64,000 nucleotides of DNA, taken from positions 1 through 64,000 of the forward strand of contig CDROCS010001350.1 in assembly GCA_977020255.1 (NCBI GenBank), written 5' to 3'. The notes beneath the pieces were generated by a model, which was not told the origin of the DNA, ran no database searches, and worked only from the letters and a program-made list of their open reading frames with translations. The DNA is from Obrimoposthia wandeli. Lineage: Eukaryota. The stretch's first letter is position 1. Each line of letters begins with the position of its first letter. The position numbers and the translations under genes are program-made. Shown here one piece after another: positions 50,546 to 60,528 of the stretch.

Positions 50546-51940
50546 TTGAAACCTGTTAATACATTTAAGGTAAGTTTCGCTAATTATTCTTTTGTATATC
50601 GTTTTTTAGATTTAAGTTGTGTTACGTTTTCTTTAGTGATTGTAATTAATAGCTATAATCTTAAAATGACGCAAGAGTACATTATCGTGGTACTAACCGC
50701 TTTGGTTGTGTTTTTGTATATTGCTGAAGCGCTGCATTTATATCAAGCGTGGCGCGTAGGTCGATTCATGAATGTACTTATGACGGTGATGGCAGTATTC
50801 ACATCTTCATTTCTCATTATGTTCGCCATTGGCATATGGCTTAATACTGCTTTTGTTTTCCCTAGTCACGTATTAAACATATGGTTTTTTGTCGCATTTT
50901 TAAGTTGTTCCACATGGCGAGTAATCACACATCAATGGTCAGTAGTACGCAGTAAACTAGGCATTAACCTGCGAAAAATGGCGATATTGGGGGCTACTTC
51001 AACAGGCGCAAATTTGTATCATGAAATTAATCACTGTGATGAATTAGGTTATGATTTTGTCGGTTTTTTTGATGATAGAAAAACAGACCGATTACCTGAA
51101 GGTTTAACGGTCATCAGTGATATATCAAAATGTATCAATCAGGCAAAAAATGGCGATATTGATATTCTGTTTATCACATTACCAATTTCGGCTGAGAAGC
51201 GCATTGCTGAGATCATCAACTTATTATCTGATACCACCGTCGATGTATATGTTGTCCCTGCGTTTATGCTTTCAGATGTCATGCAGGGACGCGTGACGCA
51301 TATAGGCAAAATTGATGCGCTTAGTATTTTTGAGTCTCCTTATTTAGGTTCCAAGATCTTGTTAAAAAGATTTGAGGACATCGCTGTCAGTCTCATCGCG
51401 ATAATACTGCTTTCTCCTGTGTACATCCTCATTGCGATAACACTTAAGATTACATCGCCTGGTCCGGTGTTATTCAAGCAAAGTAGATACGGATTAAGAG
51501 GTGAGAATATATCTGTATATAAGTTTCGCAGCATGACAGTCATGGAGTCTGATGGGAAAGTTACGCAGGCCACAAGAGGTGATAAACGTGTCACGCCATT
51601 TGGTGGTTTTCTACGTCGTAGTTCTCTTGACGAGTTGCCTCAGTTTTTTAATGTGCTGATGGGCGACATGTCCGTTGTAGGGCCGCGTCCTCATGCCGTG
51701 TCACATAATGAAGAGTATCGTAAACTTATTCAGTTTTATATGTTACGCCATCATGTAAAACCGGGGATAACGGGATGGGCACAAGTCAGTGGTTGGCGAG
51801 GAGAAACAGATACATTAGACAAAATGCAAAAACGTATTGAGTATGACCTTTATTACATTTTGCAGTGGTCAATCTGGTTTGATTTGAAAATTTTGATGTT
51901 AACCGTACTGACCTGTTTAAAAAGTGAGAACACTTATTAG
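50546..51940 (+). CDS. wcaJ: Undecaprenyl-phosphate glucose phosphotransferase (WcaJ/VpsL/CpsA-like)
   Basis: Four N-terminal TMs, CoA-binding-like domain, KRFED, YKFRSM, SLDELPQFFNVLMGDMSVVGPRPHA, KPGITGWAQV. Confidence 0.92.
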   Translation: MKPVNTFKVSFANYSFVYRFLDLSCVTFSLVIVINSYNLKMTQEYIIVVLTALVVFLYIAEALHLYQAWRVGRFMNVLMTVMAVFTSSFLIMFAIGIWLNTAFVFPSHVLNIWFFVAFLSCSTWRVITHQWSVVRSKLGINLRKMAILGATSTGANLYHEINHCDELGYDFVGFFDDRKTDRLPEGLTVISDISKCINQAKNGDIDILFITLPISAEKRIAEIINLLSDTTVDVYVVPAFMLSDVMQGRVTHIGKIDALSIFESPYLGSKILLKRFEDIAVSLIAIILLSPVYILIAITLKITSPGPVLFKQSRYGLRGENISVYKFRSMTVMESDGKVTQATRGDKRVTPFGGFLRRSSLDELPQFFNVLMGDMSVVGPRPHAVSHNEEYRKLIQFYMLRHHVKPGITGWAQVSGWRGETDTLDKMQKRIEYDLYYILQWSIWFDLKILMLTVLTCLKSENTY

Positions 51941-51999
51941 CAATTTGTAGAGGTAAATCATGATACAAGCTCAAATTTTTGAAACACTGGAGCGCTCAA

Positions 52000-53190
52000 A
52001 TGAAAGCATATAAAGTCAATGTTTATTGGTTTAGTTTCGCTTTATTGAGTGATGGTGTATTTGCTTACATACCAGATACACACATCACTGATGGCGGTTT
52101 ATTTATTAAACCATCTTTAGAGATAGGCGTTGCCCATGATGATAATATTTATAACCAACAACGCGCTGGTACTAGCAGCGGTATTATGACGCTCATGCCG
52201 GCCATCAATTTCAAAATGGATGATGGTGTCAATTACTACAGTCTCGATATGAATGTAGAAAAAGGGACTTACGAAGCCAGTGGTGAGGATGATTATACTG
52301 ATGGTGAGTTAGGGCTGAAAGCCCATTTAGAGCCAAATGATACCCATCGAGTAGATGCTAGTGTAAAAGGTGAATGGCTAACTGAATCACGTGGGACAGG
52401 AAAATCGGAAGGTAATTTCGATCGGACTGACGAACCTATTAAATACGGTAAAAATACCTTCGCAGCATCGTATGAATATGGTGCGTTACAGACCAAAGGT
52501 CGACTTGCTTTCGATCTTATATTTTATGAAAAAGAATACCGAAATTTCGATGATATAACGAGACGCAGCAATTATGACTCCATCTTGCTTGGGTCTACAT
52601 TTTATTATGCAACGAGAGCAAATACCGATGCCTTCATCGAAATTAACGCAGAGAAAATTGGATACGATTACAATGCTCCAGGTGAGCTTATTCGAGATTC
52701 GGATGTATACACTGCATTTGTCGGTATGCAATGGGAAGCATCTGCTATTGTTCATGGCTTTGTTAAAATAGGTGGCCAAGCAAAAGAGTTTGATGATGCT
52801 GGGCGGGAAGATTTTACCGGTTTTAGTTGGAATGTTGGGGGTGTTTGGCGTCCTCTGACCTATTCGAAGCTGACATTTTCGACCTCACAAGCCACAGACG
52901 ATCCAGATGTCGATGGGGATTATGTACTCGAAACAAAATACAACATCGACTGGAAGCATGATTGGACATCATACTATTATTCTTCGGTTGGTATATACAA
53001 ATATAAAGATGATTACAGTGGTATTTCTCGTGTCGATGATATCTATGGTTTGACGCTAAAATTTAATTATGACGTAACTCAGAATATTGCGGTTGCAGTA
53101 TTTGGCGAGTGGGATAGAAATCAATCTACAGAAGCCGTGTTTGAATATGATAAAAACGTTGTGGGCTTAAGTTTCACGTTTACGCTCTAG
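52000..53190 (+). CDS. Outer-membrane beta-barrel for polysaccharide export (VpsM/CpsB-like)
   Basis: Signal peptide, HDDNIY, alternating aromatic beta strands, terminal FTFTL; position after wcaJ. Confidence 0.8.
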   Translation: MKAYKVNVYWFSFALLSDGVFAYIPDTHITDGGLFIKPSLEIGVAHDDNIYNQQRAGTSSGIMTLMPAINFKMDDGVNYYSLDMNVEKGTYEASGEDDYTDGELGLKAHLEPNDTHRVDASVKGEWLTESRGTGKSEGNFDRTDEPIKYGKNTFAASYEYGALQTKGRLAFDLIFYEKEYRNFDDITRRSNYDSILLGSTFYYATRANTDAFIEINAEKIGYDYNAPGELIRDSDVYTAFVGMQWEASAIVHGFVKIGGQAKEFDDAGREDFTGFSWNVGGVWRPLTYSKLTFSTSQATDDPDVDGDYVLETKYNIDWKHDWTSYYYSSVGIYKYKDDYSGISRVDDIYGLTLKFNYDVTQNIAVAVFGEWDRNQSTEAVFEYDKNVVGLSFTFTL

Positions 53191-53199
53191 GTGGCTAAC

Positions 53200-53718
53200 A
53201 TGATTAAAAAAATAACTATTGGTATATTGCTCATTTTTATGAATTTCACGGTTTTAGCTAACAGCTCATATATTTTGGGGCCGGGTGATAAAGTCGAAAT
53301 TAAAGTATTCGGTCAAGAAGATCTCACTGTTGAAACATTATTAAGTAATAGCGGCCAAATTAATTATCCATTTTTTGGTGAAATAAAGGTCATTGGTCTG
53401 ACGGTTAAACAAGTTGAGAAATTGATCTATAAAGGCTTGAAAGGCAATTATTTGGTTAACCCTAATGTCTATGTCCACGTTGTAGAATACAGACCATTTT
53501 ACATTCATGGAGAAGTAAATAGGCCAGGGGGTTACCCCTATCAGCCAGGTCTGACTGTAAACCAAGCGATAGCGTTGGCGGGTGGACTAACTGAGAGAGC
53601 ATCTAAAGATAAGATATATTTGTTTAAAGAAAAAAACAAAAAAACGCAAACAAACGCAAGCTTAACGTACAAAGTTAATGCTGGTGATACCATTTTGATT
53701 AAGCAAAGGTTTTTCTAA
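53200..53718 (+). CDS. Short OPX/Wza-family export protein (VpsN/CpsC-like)
   Basis: YILGPGDKVEIKVFG, GEVNRPGGY, AIALAGG (poly_export plus SLBB). Confidence 0.88.
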   Translation: MIKKITIGILLIFMNFTVLANSSYILGPGDKVEIKVFGQEDLTVETLLSNSGQINYPFFGEIKVIGLTVKQVEKLIYKGLKGNYLVNPNVYVHVVEYRPFYIHGEVNRPGGYPYQPGLTVNQAIALAGGLTERASKDKIYLFKEKNKKTQTNASLTYKVNAGDTILIKQRFF

Positions 53719-56021
53719 TGGATAAACTTGAACAGAATCTCAATAACTCGTCTGCCAATAATGACATTGTGTTACCTTCACCGCATTGGCACGTTATCCA
53801 AAGATATAAATGGCGGGTCCTCATCGTGGCGGTGCTGGTCTCTATCTGCACCGCATTTTATCTTTCAAATGAGTCACCGTTATACCGTGCTTCTGCAACC
53901 TTATTGATCGAAGCCGATCAAGTACAAGCTGTCGCATTTGATTCGGTACAAGGACTTGATTCGAATAGAAAAGAATACTATTTAACGCAATTTGAAATTC
54001 TTAAGTCATATTCAATCGCCGAAACTGTTTACGACCGCTTGAATCTACAGCAACAACCTTCATTTCAAAAAAGTGAAAGCTGGAAAGATATGGTGGTTAC
54101 TTATCTTATGGAAACCACGCCATTATTTAACTACTTTGTTATGGATGACAACGTTGATAGTGAATTTAGTGAAAACATTGGTGCAGGTTATATCAATGGC
54201 GTACCGCAAGTAGGCAGTGAGGTCAGCACCGAAGAGTTGCAAAGCCAAACGCAGAAAAGGGCACGTTTAAGACAGTTTTCAAAAAGCTTAATTGTCACAC
54301 CTATAAGAAAAACCCAACTTGTTAAGTTGTCGTATGACAGTGAAGATCCCGCTTTGGCTGCCATGATAGCTAATGCTGTAGGTGAAGCTTTTATAGCCCA
54401 AGACCTGGCGGTAAAATCGTCAATCAATAAAAATGCTGCCCACTGGCTAAGAGCGAGGCTTGAAGATTTACGGACGAGCCTTGATGCCTCTGAGTCCCGT
54501 TTACAAGTATACCGTAAAGAACAAAATATCATTGATTTACAAGATCGTGGGGGCAGGGGATTGACGGGGTTGGTTAGTAACGAACTTGAACAAACATCAC
54601 GCCAATTGCTCGATGCCAAAAATGAAGTGAATCAATTACGCAGTATTGTCCGAGCCGTTGAGGAATTCGGCATTAAGGACATGGATAAATTAGAATCAAT
54701 ACCTGAGATAACATCACACCCAGTGATTCAGAACATTAAAACATTAAAAGTTAAAGCAAAATTAAAGGTATCTGAATTATCACAAATCTATGGCCGTAAA
54801 CATCCCGATCTTATTGCGGCTAAATCTGAACTTTATACTATCAACAGACATCTGACTACTCAGATATCTAAACTGGTAACAGGCATAAATAGAGATCTAA
54901 AAACCAAGCAAAGTAATGTTGCGGCCTTAGAAAGGGAATACAGTAAAATTCAAGGACAATTTCAGGATGTCATTGGTAAGGATAATGAATACCAGAAATT
55001 AGTGCGCGACGTAGAAAGTAACCGTAAACTTTTCAATACGTTTTTAGAACGGTCTAAAGAAACGGCTTTAACGAGTGACTTTAATGCAGCCGTCGCTCGT
55101 TTTACCGACAGAGCACATACGCCAAGTAAACCGATTACTTTAAGTACTAAAATACTCGTATTAATCGCTTTCGTGTTGTCGATTATTTTACATATCACTT
55201 ATTTGTTGGTTAAAGAATATTTCACTGATAATTTTAACTCGGTCGGTGATATAGAAACCAAGCTTGGACTACCAGTATTAGGAGTATTACCTAAGATTGC
55301 TAGAAAACGTAACCAAGATTTGGATCTGCATTATTTCTTTGACGAAGAAGGACGTCAATTTTCTGAGTCAATTCGTACATTGCGAACTAGTTTTTTATTA
55401 GCTCAAGGTCAACAGGTTAATCAGGTTATTGGGATCATCTCCTCACAACCTAATGAAGGTAAGTCCACAACGGCGACGAATATTGCTTTCTCGTTGGCTC
55501 AGATTGAAAAAACAATCCTAATTGATGCTGATATGCGCAAACCGAGTCTAGCAAGTAATTTTAACATACCAAAAGACAAACCAGGACTGGCGCAATTGAT
55601 CCGCGGAGAAGCGAATTTATCGGACTGTATTACTGTAGATAAAGCATCCGGTACACATATTATGACGTGTGGTCCAACACCAAAAAATGCCCAAGAGTTA
55701 TTGTCGTCCAAACGCTTCAAGTTGTTGATGGAAAATTTAAGGCAGTCGTATGACCGAATTGTTATTGATACACCCCCAATTCAGGCCGTGAGTGATTCAT
55801 TGATTATATCTTTACATACAGACGCCATTATTTATGTCATTAAAAGTGAAGAAACACGGGTGCGGTTAGTTCAAAATGGTGTACGCCGATTGGCTAAAGT
55901 TGATGCTAACCTTGTCGGTATTGTGATGAACCATGTTAATACGGACGGTGTTGCTGACTCTGATTATTACTATGGGTATTACAGTGATGATGAATACGCT
56001 GAAAAACCAGCTAAGTCATAG
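53718..56021 (+). CDS. wzc: Wzc-type co-polymerase/tyrosine autokinase (VpsO/CpsD-like)
   Basis: YYLTQFEILKS, coiled coil, SSQPNEGKST Walker A, IDADMRKP, IDTPP, C-terminal Tyr cluster DYYYGYY. Confidence 0.92.
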   Translation: MDKLEQNLNNSSANNDIVLPSPHWHVIQRYKWRVLIVAVLVSICTAFYLSNESPLYRASATLLIEADQVQAVAFDSVQGLDSNRKEYYLTQFEILKSYSIAETVYDRLNLQQQPSFQKSESWKDMVVTYLMETTPLFNYFVMDDNVDSEFSENIGAGYINGVPQVGSEVSTEELQSQTQKRARLRQFSKSLIVTPIRKTQLVKLSYDSEDPALAAMIANAVGEAFIAQDLAVKSSINKNAAHWLRARLEDLRTSLDASESRLQVYRKEQNIIDLQDRGGRGLTGLVSNELEQTSRQLLDAKNEVNQLRSIVRAVEEFGIKDMDKLESIPEITSHPVIQNIKTLKVKAKLKVSELSQIYGRKHPDLIAAKSELYTINRHLTTQISKLVTGINRDLKTKQSNVAALEREYSKIQGQFQDVIGKDNEYQKLVRDVESNRKLFNTFLERSKETALTSDFNAAVARFTDRAHTPSKPITLSTKILVLIAFVLSIILHITYLLVKEYFTDNFNSVGDIETKLGLPVLGVLPKIARKRNQDLDLHYFFDEEGRQFSESIRTLRTSFLLAQGQQVNQVIGIISSQPNEGKSTTATNIAFSLAQIEKTILIDADMRKPSLASNFNIPKDKPGLAQLIRGEANLSDCITVDKASGTHIMTCGPTPKNAQELLSSKRFKLLMENLRQSYDRIVIDTPPIQAVSDSLIISLHTDAIIYVIKSEETRVRLVQNGVRRLAKVDANLVGIVMNHVNTDGVADSDYYYGYYSDDEYAEKPAKS

Positions 56022-56120
56022 CCCGGGATAAAAGCAGGTATTTATTACGAGATAACTGCTTGCTGTTTATTGCATTTTTTGGTTAAATTACGTCAGTGGT
56101 TAATAGCTTAAAGGATTCAA

Positions 56121-56600
56121 ATGTTTACGTCTCGTGTATATACCCGTTCTACATTCATACTAACGTGTAGCTTAGTACTTACTGCATGTACTGGCGCTCG
56201 TCCTTATAATTTAGGGGTTGTTAATTCAACGTTAACGCCTTGTCCTGATACTCCTAATTGTGTATCAAGTGACAGCTTAGACGAAAGTCATTATGTACCA
56301 GCATTTAAACTAGAAGCGAGTTCTGAACAGGTATGGTCTGAAATTAAGCTATATTTGGATTCGCAAAGTAATATGGTAATCGTCAGAGAGCTAGATGATT
56401 ACTTATATGTTGAAAGTACGAGCATGTTTATGCGCTTTGTTGATGATTTCGAACTTCATCTGCGTGAAGAAAACGGTATTATTGCAGTAAGATCCGCTTC
56501 TCGATATGGTAAATCTGACTTTGGTGTGAATAAAGAGCGTGTTGACGCTTTGTATTTATACCTGAGTGAGAAGGGGTTAGTGAGCGAAGCTATACGCTGA
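56121..56600 (+). CDS. DUF1499 lipoprotein
   Basis: Lipobox LTAC; LTPCPDTPNCVSS, FVDDFE, RSASRYGKSDFGVN. Confidence 0.88.
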   Translation: MFTSRVYTRSTFILTCSLVLTACTGARPYNLGVVNSTLTPCPDTPNCVSSDSLDESHYVPAFKLEASSEQVWSEIKLYLDSQSNMVIVRELDDYLYVESTSMFMRFVDDFELHLREENGIIAVRSASRYGKSDFGVNKERVDALYLYLSEKGLVSEAIR

Positions 56601-56648
56601 GTGACATTAATATAATACGATGTTGTGATTCACGAAATTTGATCAAAT

Positions 56649-56682
56649 AAAAAGGGTAATACATTTTTGTATTACCCTTTTT
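56649..56682. terminator. Bidirectional terminator
   Basis: AAAAAGGGTAATAC...GTATTACCCTTTTT. Confidence 0.9.
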
Positions 56683-56735
56683 AGATTGTCGATACTATGG
56701 CAGTTGTAATGCTATAAATCTAGAAGTTTAGGTGT

Positions 56736-58499
56736 TTAGAAATAATTAAGTAACTTGCGATAATAATCATTGGTTTCAATTAAGGTTTTATGCTCCCCTT
56801 GTGCCACAATAGTCCCTTCATCCATGACAACGATCTTATCCATTTTCTGTAACATTAATGGCTTGTGCGTTATCAATATCAAGCTTTGTTGTGATTGTTC
56901 AAGCTGTTCGAATAAGCTGGTTATCACCGTTTTTTCACTGCGACGATCTAAGCCTTTAGTTGGTTCATCTAATACGAGTACTTTCGCTTTGCGTAGCAAG
57001 ACCTGTGCTAAGCATAAACGTTGCTTTTGACCACCGGATAAACCAGAGCCTGTTTCACCAAGCCAAGTTTTAAAACCATTTTCTAACTCATCAATGAAAT
57101 CAAGTAGCCCCGCGGCTTTACACACTTCACGCATCTCTAACTCTGTTGCACTCGGGTTAGCTAAGCGTAGATTATCACCAATAGTGGCATGAAATAGATG
57201 ACTATTTTGACTCATCAGGGCAATATGTTCACGCAAGGATTCAGTATTTAAGTCATTTAAATCAATGTTATTAATCGTGATACCAGGCTTTAATTTGCGC
57301 TCAACAACTGAGCCTTGAACCCGTTCTGATTGAAGAATAGGCCAGAAGCCCATTAATAGATTCACTAAGGTTGATTTACCTGCGCCACTAGCACCGATAA
57401 TGGCCACTTTTTCACCGGGCTCAATAGTAAGGTCAATATTGTTTAACACACTGCGATGACCATCAGGATAAGTGAAATTTAAATGATTAAACTCAATTGT
57501 ACCTGTTGTTACTAACGTGTCGCCGCCAACACCTGGAATTGGTTTGTCAATAATTTCAAATAAACGTGCCGCACTGTCATGTACTTTCGGTAAAATCTGA
57601 CAGGCTAGGGGCATATTAATTACGGTTTCAAAACATACTAAAATAAGCAATGCTGCACTGGCAACAAACTCAGGCTTTAAATCACCTGTTTGTACCAAGG
57701 GTACGAGTAAGTATAAGCTTGCTAAGACAGTTGCGTTAATTGCTAAGAATGTTAACGCAGTGGCTAACGCATGTAAGCGGTGTAGATGTAACTCCGCTTG
57801 ATGATAGCTTGCTGATACACGATTAATTGATTTTTGATATTGATTGGCAATTTGATAAACCAACAATTCACGCATAGATGCAACGCCATCGACTAATTCA
57901 ATTTTTAATTCACTCGAGAGCTTAGCTTGTTGTCTAGCGCGTTTTTTACTTAACAATAATATTAATATTGGTAAAACAAAACCGACAATCAGTAACGCGC
58001 TAACAATCACAAGGGCAAGGTCTGATGAAATGAAGCTCACCCCCCAACCAACGAGTGGAATACTAAAAATAGCAACTAAAACGGGTAGTAACACTCTTAA
58101 ATAAAAGTTATCAAGTTCATCGATGTCTTGCTGTAAACGTGCAAGAATATCTGCTGATTTAAAGTTAACGCGGTAGTAGGGCAGTAAGGGTTCTAAGCGG
58201 GTATAAAAGTAATAACGTAACGCAGCAAGGGTATTAAACGTGGCTTTGTGCGTCAGCAGACGTTCGGCATAGCGACCTGCTGTTCTTACAATAGCAAGAA
58301 AGCGAATGATGGCTGCAGGGGTGAAGTAGTTTGCGGTCACGCCAGAAAGTCCTGCAATGGCCATGATGGTAATGAACCAACCTGATACCGCGAGTAGGCC
58401 AATATTCGCCATCACGGTAATAATTGATAACAAGGTACCGAGCAACATTAAGGGTAATTGCGGTTTAAGTAATTTCATCAACCTAACTAATGGATTCAT
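56736..58499 (-). CDS. cydC: Heme/thiol ABC exporter CydC
   Basis: NYFTPAAIIRFLAIVRTAGRYAERL, GASGAGKST, LSGGQKQR. Confidence 0.92.
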   Translation of the reverse strand: MNPLVRLMKLLKPQLPLMLLGTLLSIITVMANIGLLAVSGWFITIMAIAGLSGVTANYFTPAAIIRFLAIVRTAGRYAERLLTHKATFNTLAALRYYFYTRLEPLLPYYRVNFKSADILARLQQDIDELDNFYLRVLLPVLVAIFSIPLVGWGVSFISSDLALVIVSALLIVGFVLPILILLLSKKRARQQAKLSSELKIELVDGVASMRELLVYQIANQYQKSINRVSASYHQAELHLHRLHALATALTFLAINATVLASLYLLVPLVQTGDLKPEFVASAALLILVCFETVINMPLACQILPKVHDSAARLFEIIDKPIPGVGGDTLVTTGTIEFNHLNFTYPDGHRSVLNNIDLTIEPGEKVAIIGASGAGKSTLVNLLMGFWPILQSERVQGSVVERKLKPGITINNIDLNDLNTESLREHIALMSQNSHLFHATIGDNLRLANPSATELEMREVCKAAGLLDFIDELENGFKTWLGETGSGLSGGQKQRLCLAQVLLRKAKVLVLDEPTKGLDRRSEKTVITSLFEQLEQSQQSLILITHKPLMLQKMDKIVVMDEGTIVAQGEHKTLIETNDYYRKLLNYF

Positions 58500-60247
58500 A
58501 CGCTGGTCTCCATATCGATATTAATGGTGTCGGCATAACTTCCATTTAATTCGAGCAATTCGCTATGGGTGCCTTGCTCAATAATTTGTCCTTGTTCTAA
58601 TACAATTATCTGCTTAGCATCTATCACGGTATGTAAACGGTGAGCAATGACAATGACCAGATGATCCTTGGCATACTCAGCGATACTATCACTGACGACT
58701 TGCTCGGTATCTTTATCTAAATGGCTACTTGGTTCATCTAAAATTAACACATCTGGCTGGTGGTAAAATGCTCGCGCTAACGCTAACCGTTGCGATTGAC
58801 CACCAGAGAGTCCAACACCACCTTCGCCAACATGGGTGTTGAGTCCATCTTTGAGCTGTGACACAAAATCAGCAAGGCCAACACTGCTTAATACTTGTTG
58901 TATTTTTTCTTCATCAAAGTGTTCAGTTAAGGCGATGTTAAAACCTAGGCTGCCATAGAAAACATGACCTTGTTGGGCTATCCAACCACAGTTATTTAAC
59001 CAAGCATCACGCAGTGCTGGAGTATGCTTAATACCGTTGATTGTCATCTCGCCGCTATCTGGCGTATTAAAGCCTAAAATAGTATCGATTAATGTCGATT
59101 TACCCGCGCCACTTTCACCAATGACGGCGTACAGCCCTTGGTTTTCTAGCGTCAGGTTAATATTGTTAAGGGTATTGTTTCTGCCCGAATAGGTAAAATT
59201 AACATCTGTTAAGCTGATGACGAACGGTGCTTTAAATTGTGTTTCCGTTTGGCTTTCTTTAATCGGGGTATTCAGAATCTCTAGCATGTCTTGAGCCGCT
59301 GTTACACCGGCCATCTTGGCGTGGTACTGAGTACCTAATTGTCTAAATGGTAAATAGAATTCGGGGGCAAGTAATAGTACCCACAGGGCTAATAAATAAT
59401 CGACACCACCGTAATAAAGTCTAAAACCAAGAATAACAGCAACGAGTGCAATGGCGATAGAAGCAAGAAATTCCAACATGAATGAAGAAAGGAAGGCGAC
59501 CTTTAAGATCCCCATTGTTTGGTTACCATAGTCTTCACTGATTGTTTTTACTGCCGCCATTTCTTGGCGTGATGCGTTGAATATTTTAAGCTGAGTAAGA
59601 CCTTGAATAATATCAAGGAAATGACTACTCATGCGCAGTAGTTTAGTCCAATGTTGTTGGTTTAAATCATGTGCTTTGTGGCCAATGATGATCATAAACA
59701 TAGGTACCATCGGCGCTGTTAACATTAATACTAAACCTGAACGCCAATCCATTGGAAATACCGCAAATAAAACCGCACTCGGGATCACTGAGCAATAAGC
59801 GACAATAGGTAAGTACCCAGAGAAGTAATCTTCGAGTGAATCAACACCTTGATGCAGCAGTTGGGCTATTTTAGCACTACCAATCGTTTGTGTTTTCGCA
59901 GGACCCATAGCAAATAGGTGTTGCAATAATTGTTGTCTAATTGAAACTTTAATCAGCATGGCGGCATGGCGACTGTAACGTTCACTGATATAACCAAATA
60001 CAGTGCGGAAAATGACGATGGTAACTAAACCGAGTAATAAGGGCGTTATTTCTGCGAGTGCTTTGTTTGAGAAGATGATTTCATTGATGATGCCAGCTAG
60101 AACTGCCATTTGTACTATCATCAATATGCCATTTAATGATCCTAAAGCAATCGCTTTGCTTAATCGACCTTGGGCATGTGTTCGTTGGCTTTTAAGCCAT
60201 GTTAAACGCTCTTTTTGAGTGTATTCTGTATTTATTGATTCTGTCAT
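58496..60247 (-). CDS. cydD: Heme/thiol ABC exporter CydD
   Basis: TAPMVPMFM, FLDIIQGLTQLK, LAPEFYLPFRQLGTQYHA, GESGAGKST. Confidence 0.92.
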   Translation of the reverse strand: MTESINTEYTQKERLTWLKSQRTHAQGRLSKAIALGSLNGILMIVQMAVLAGIINEIIFSNKALAEITPLLLGLVTIVIFRTVFGYISERYSRHAAMLIKVSIRQQLLQHLFAMGPAKTQTIGSAKIAQLLHQGVDSLEDYFSGYLPIVAYCSVIPSAVLFAVFPMDWRSGLVLMLTAPMVPMFMIIIGHKAHDLNQQHWTKLLRMSSHFLDIIQGLTQLKIFNASRQEMAAVKTISEDYGNQTMGILKVAFLSSFMLEFLASIAIALVAVILGFRLYYGGVDYLLALWVLLLAPEFYLPFRQLGTQYHAKMAGVTAAQDMLEILNTPIKESQTETQFKAPFVISLTDVNFTYSGRNNTLNNINLTLENQGLYAVIGESGAGKSTLIDTILGFNTPDSGEMTINGIKHTPALRDAWLNNCGWIAQQGHVFYGSLGFNIALTEHFDEEKIQQVLSSVGLADFVSQLKDGLNTHVGEGGVGLSGGQSQRLALARAFYHQPDVLILDEPSSHLDKDTEQVVSDSIAEYAKDHLVIVIAHRLHTVIDAKQIIVLEQGQIIEQGTHSELLELNGSYADTINIDMETSV

Positions 60248-60254
60248 TGGTAAG

Positions 60255-60311
60255 CCTGAAATTGGAGGAATATTAAAATACTATTTAAAGAATAGCCCCT
60301 GAAATTGGAGG
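60255..60311. repeat. 14-bp direct repeat (CCTGAAATTGGAGG x2) upstream of cydD
   Basis: Exact copies at 60255-60268 and 60298-60311; hairpin CGCCCA-tcct-TGGGCG at 60324-60339. Confidence 0.8.
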
Positions 60312-60389
60312 TTTAGAAACAGACGCCCATCCTTGGGCGCAAAGCGTAATCCGTTATTGATATAACTTAACTATTAAAAGTTAATGTTT

Positions 60390-60518
60390 TTAGTCTTTCT
60401 GATCATCTTGATCTTTTGCCACGTTATCCGTGTGCTGTTCCATTTCGTACCACATTACATTGATGATACCGAGAGAAACTGCCAGCAAAACACCTAGGAT
60501 CCAACTGAAATACCACAT
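60390..60518 (-). CDS. cydX: Cytochrome bd small subunit CydX; not in the ORF track
   Basis: Hand translation MWYFSWILGVLLAVSLGIINVMWYEMEQHTDNVAKDQDDQKD*; AAGGAG RBS; directly after cydB. Confidence 0.93.
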   Translation of the reverse strand: MWYFSWILGVLLAVSLGIINVMWYEMEQHTDNVAKDQDDQKD

Positions 60519-60528
60519 GGTTTACTCC

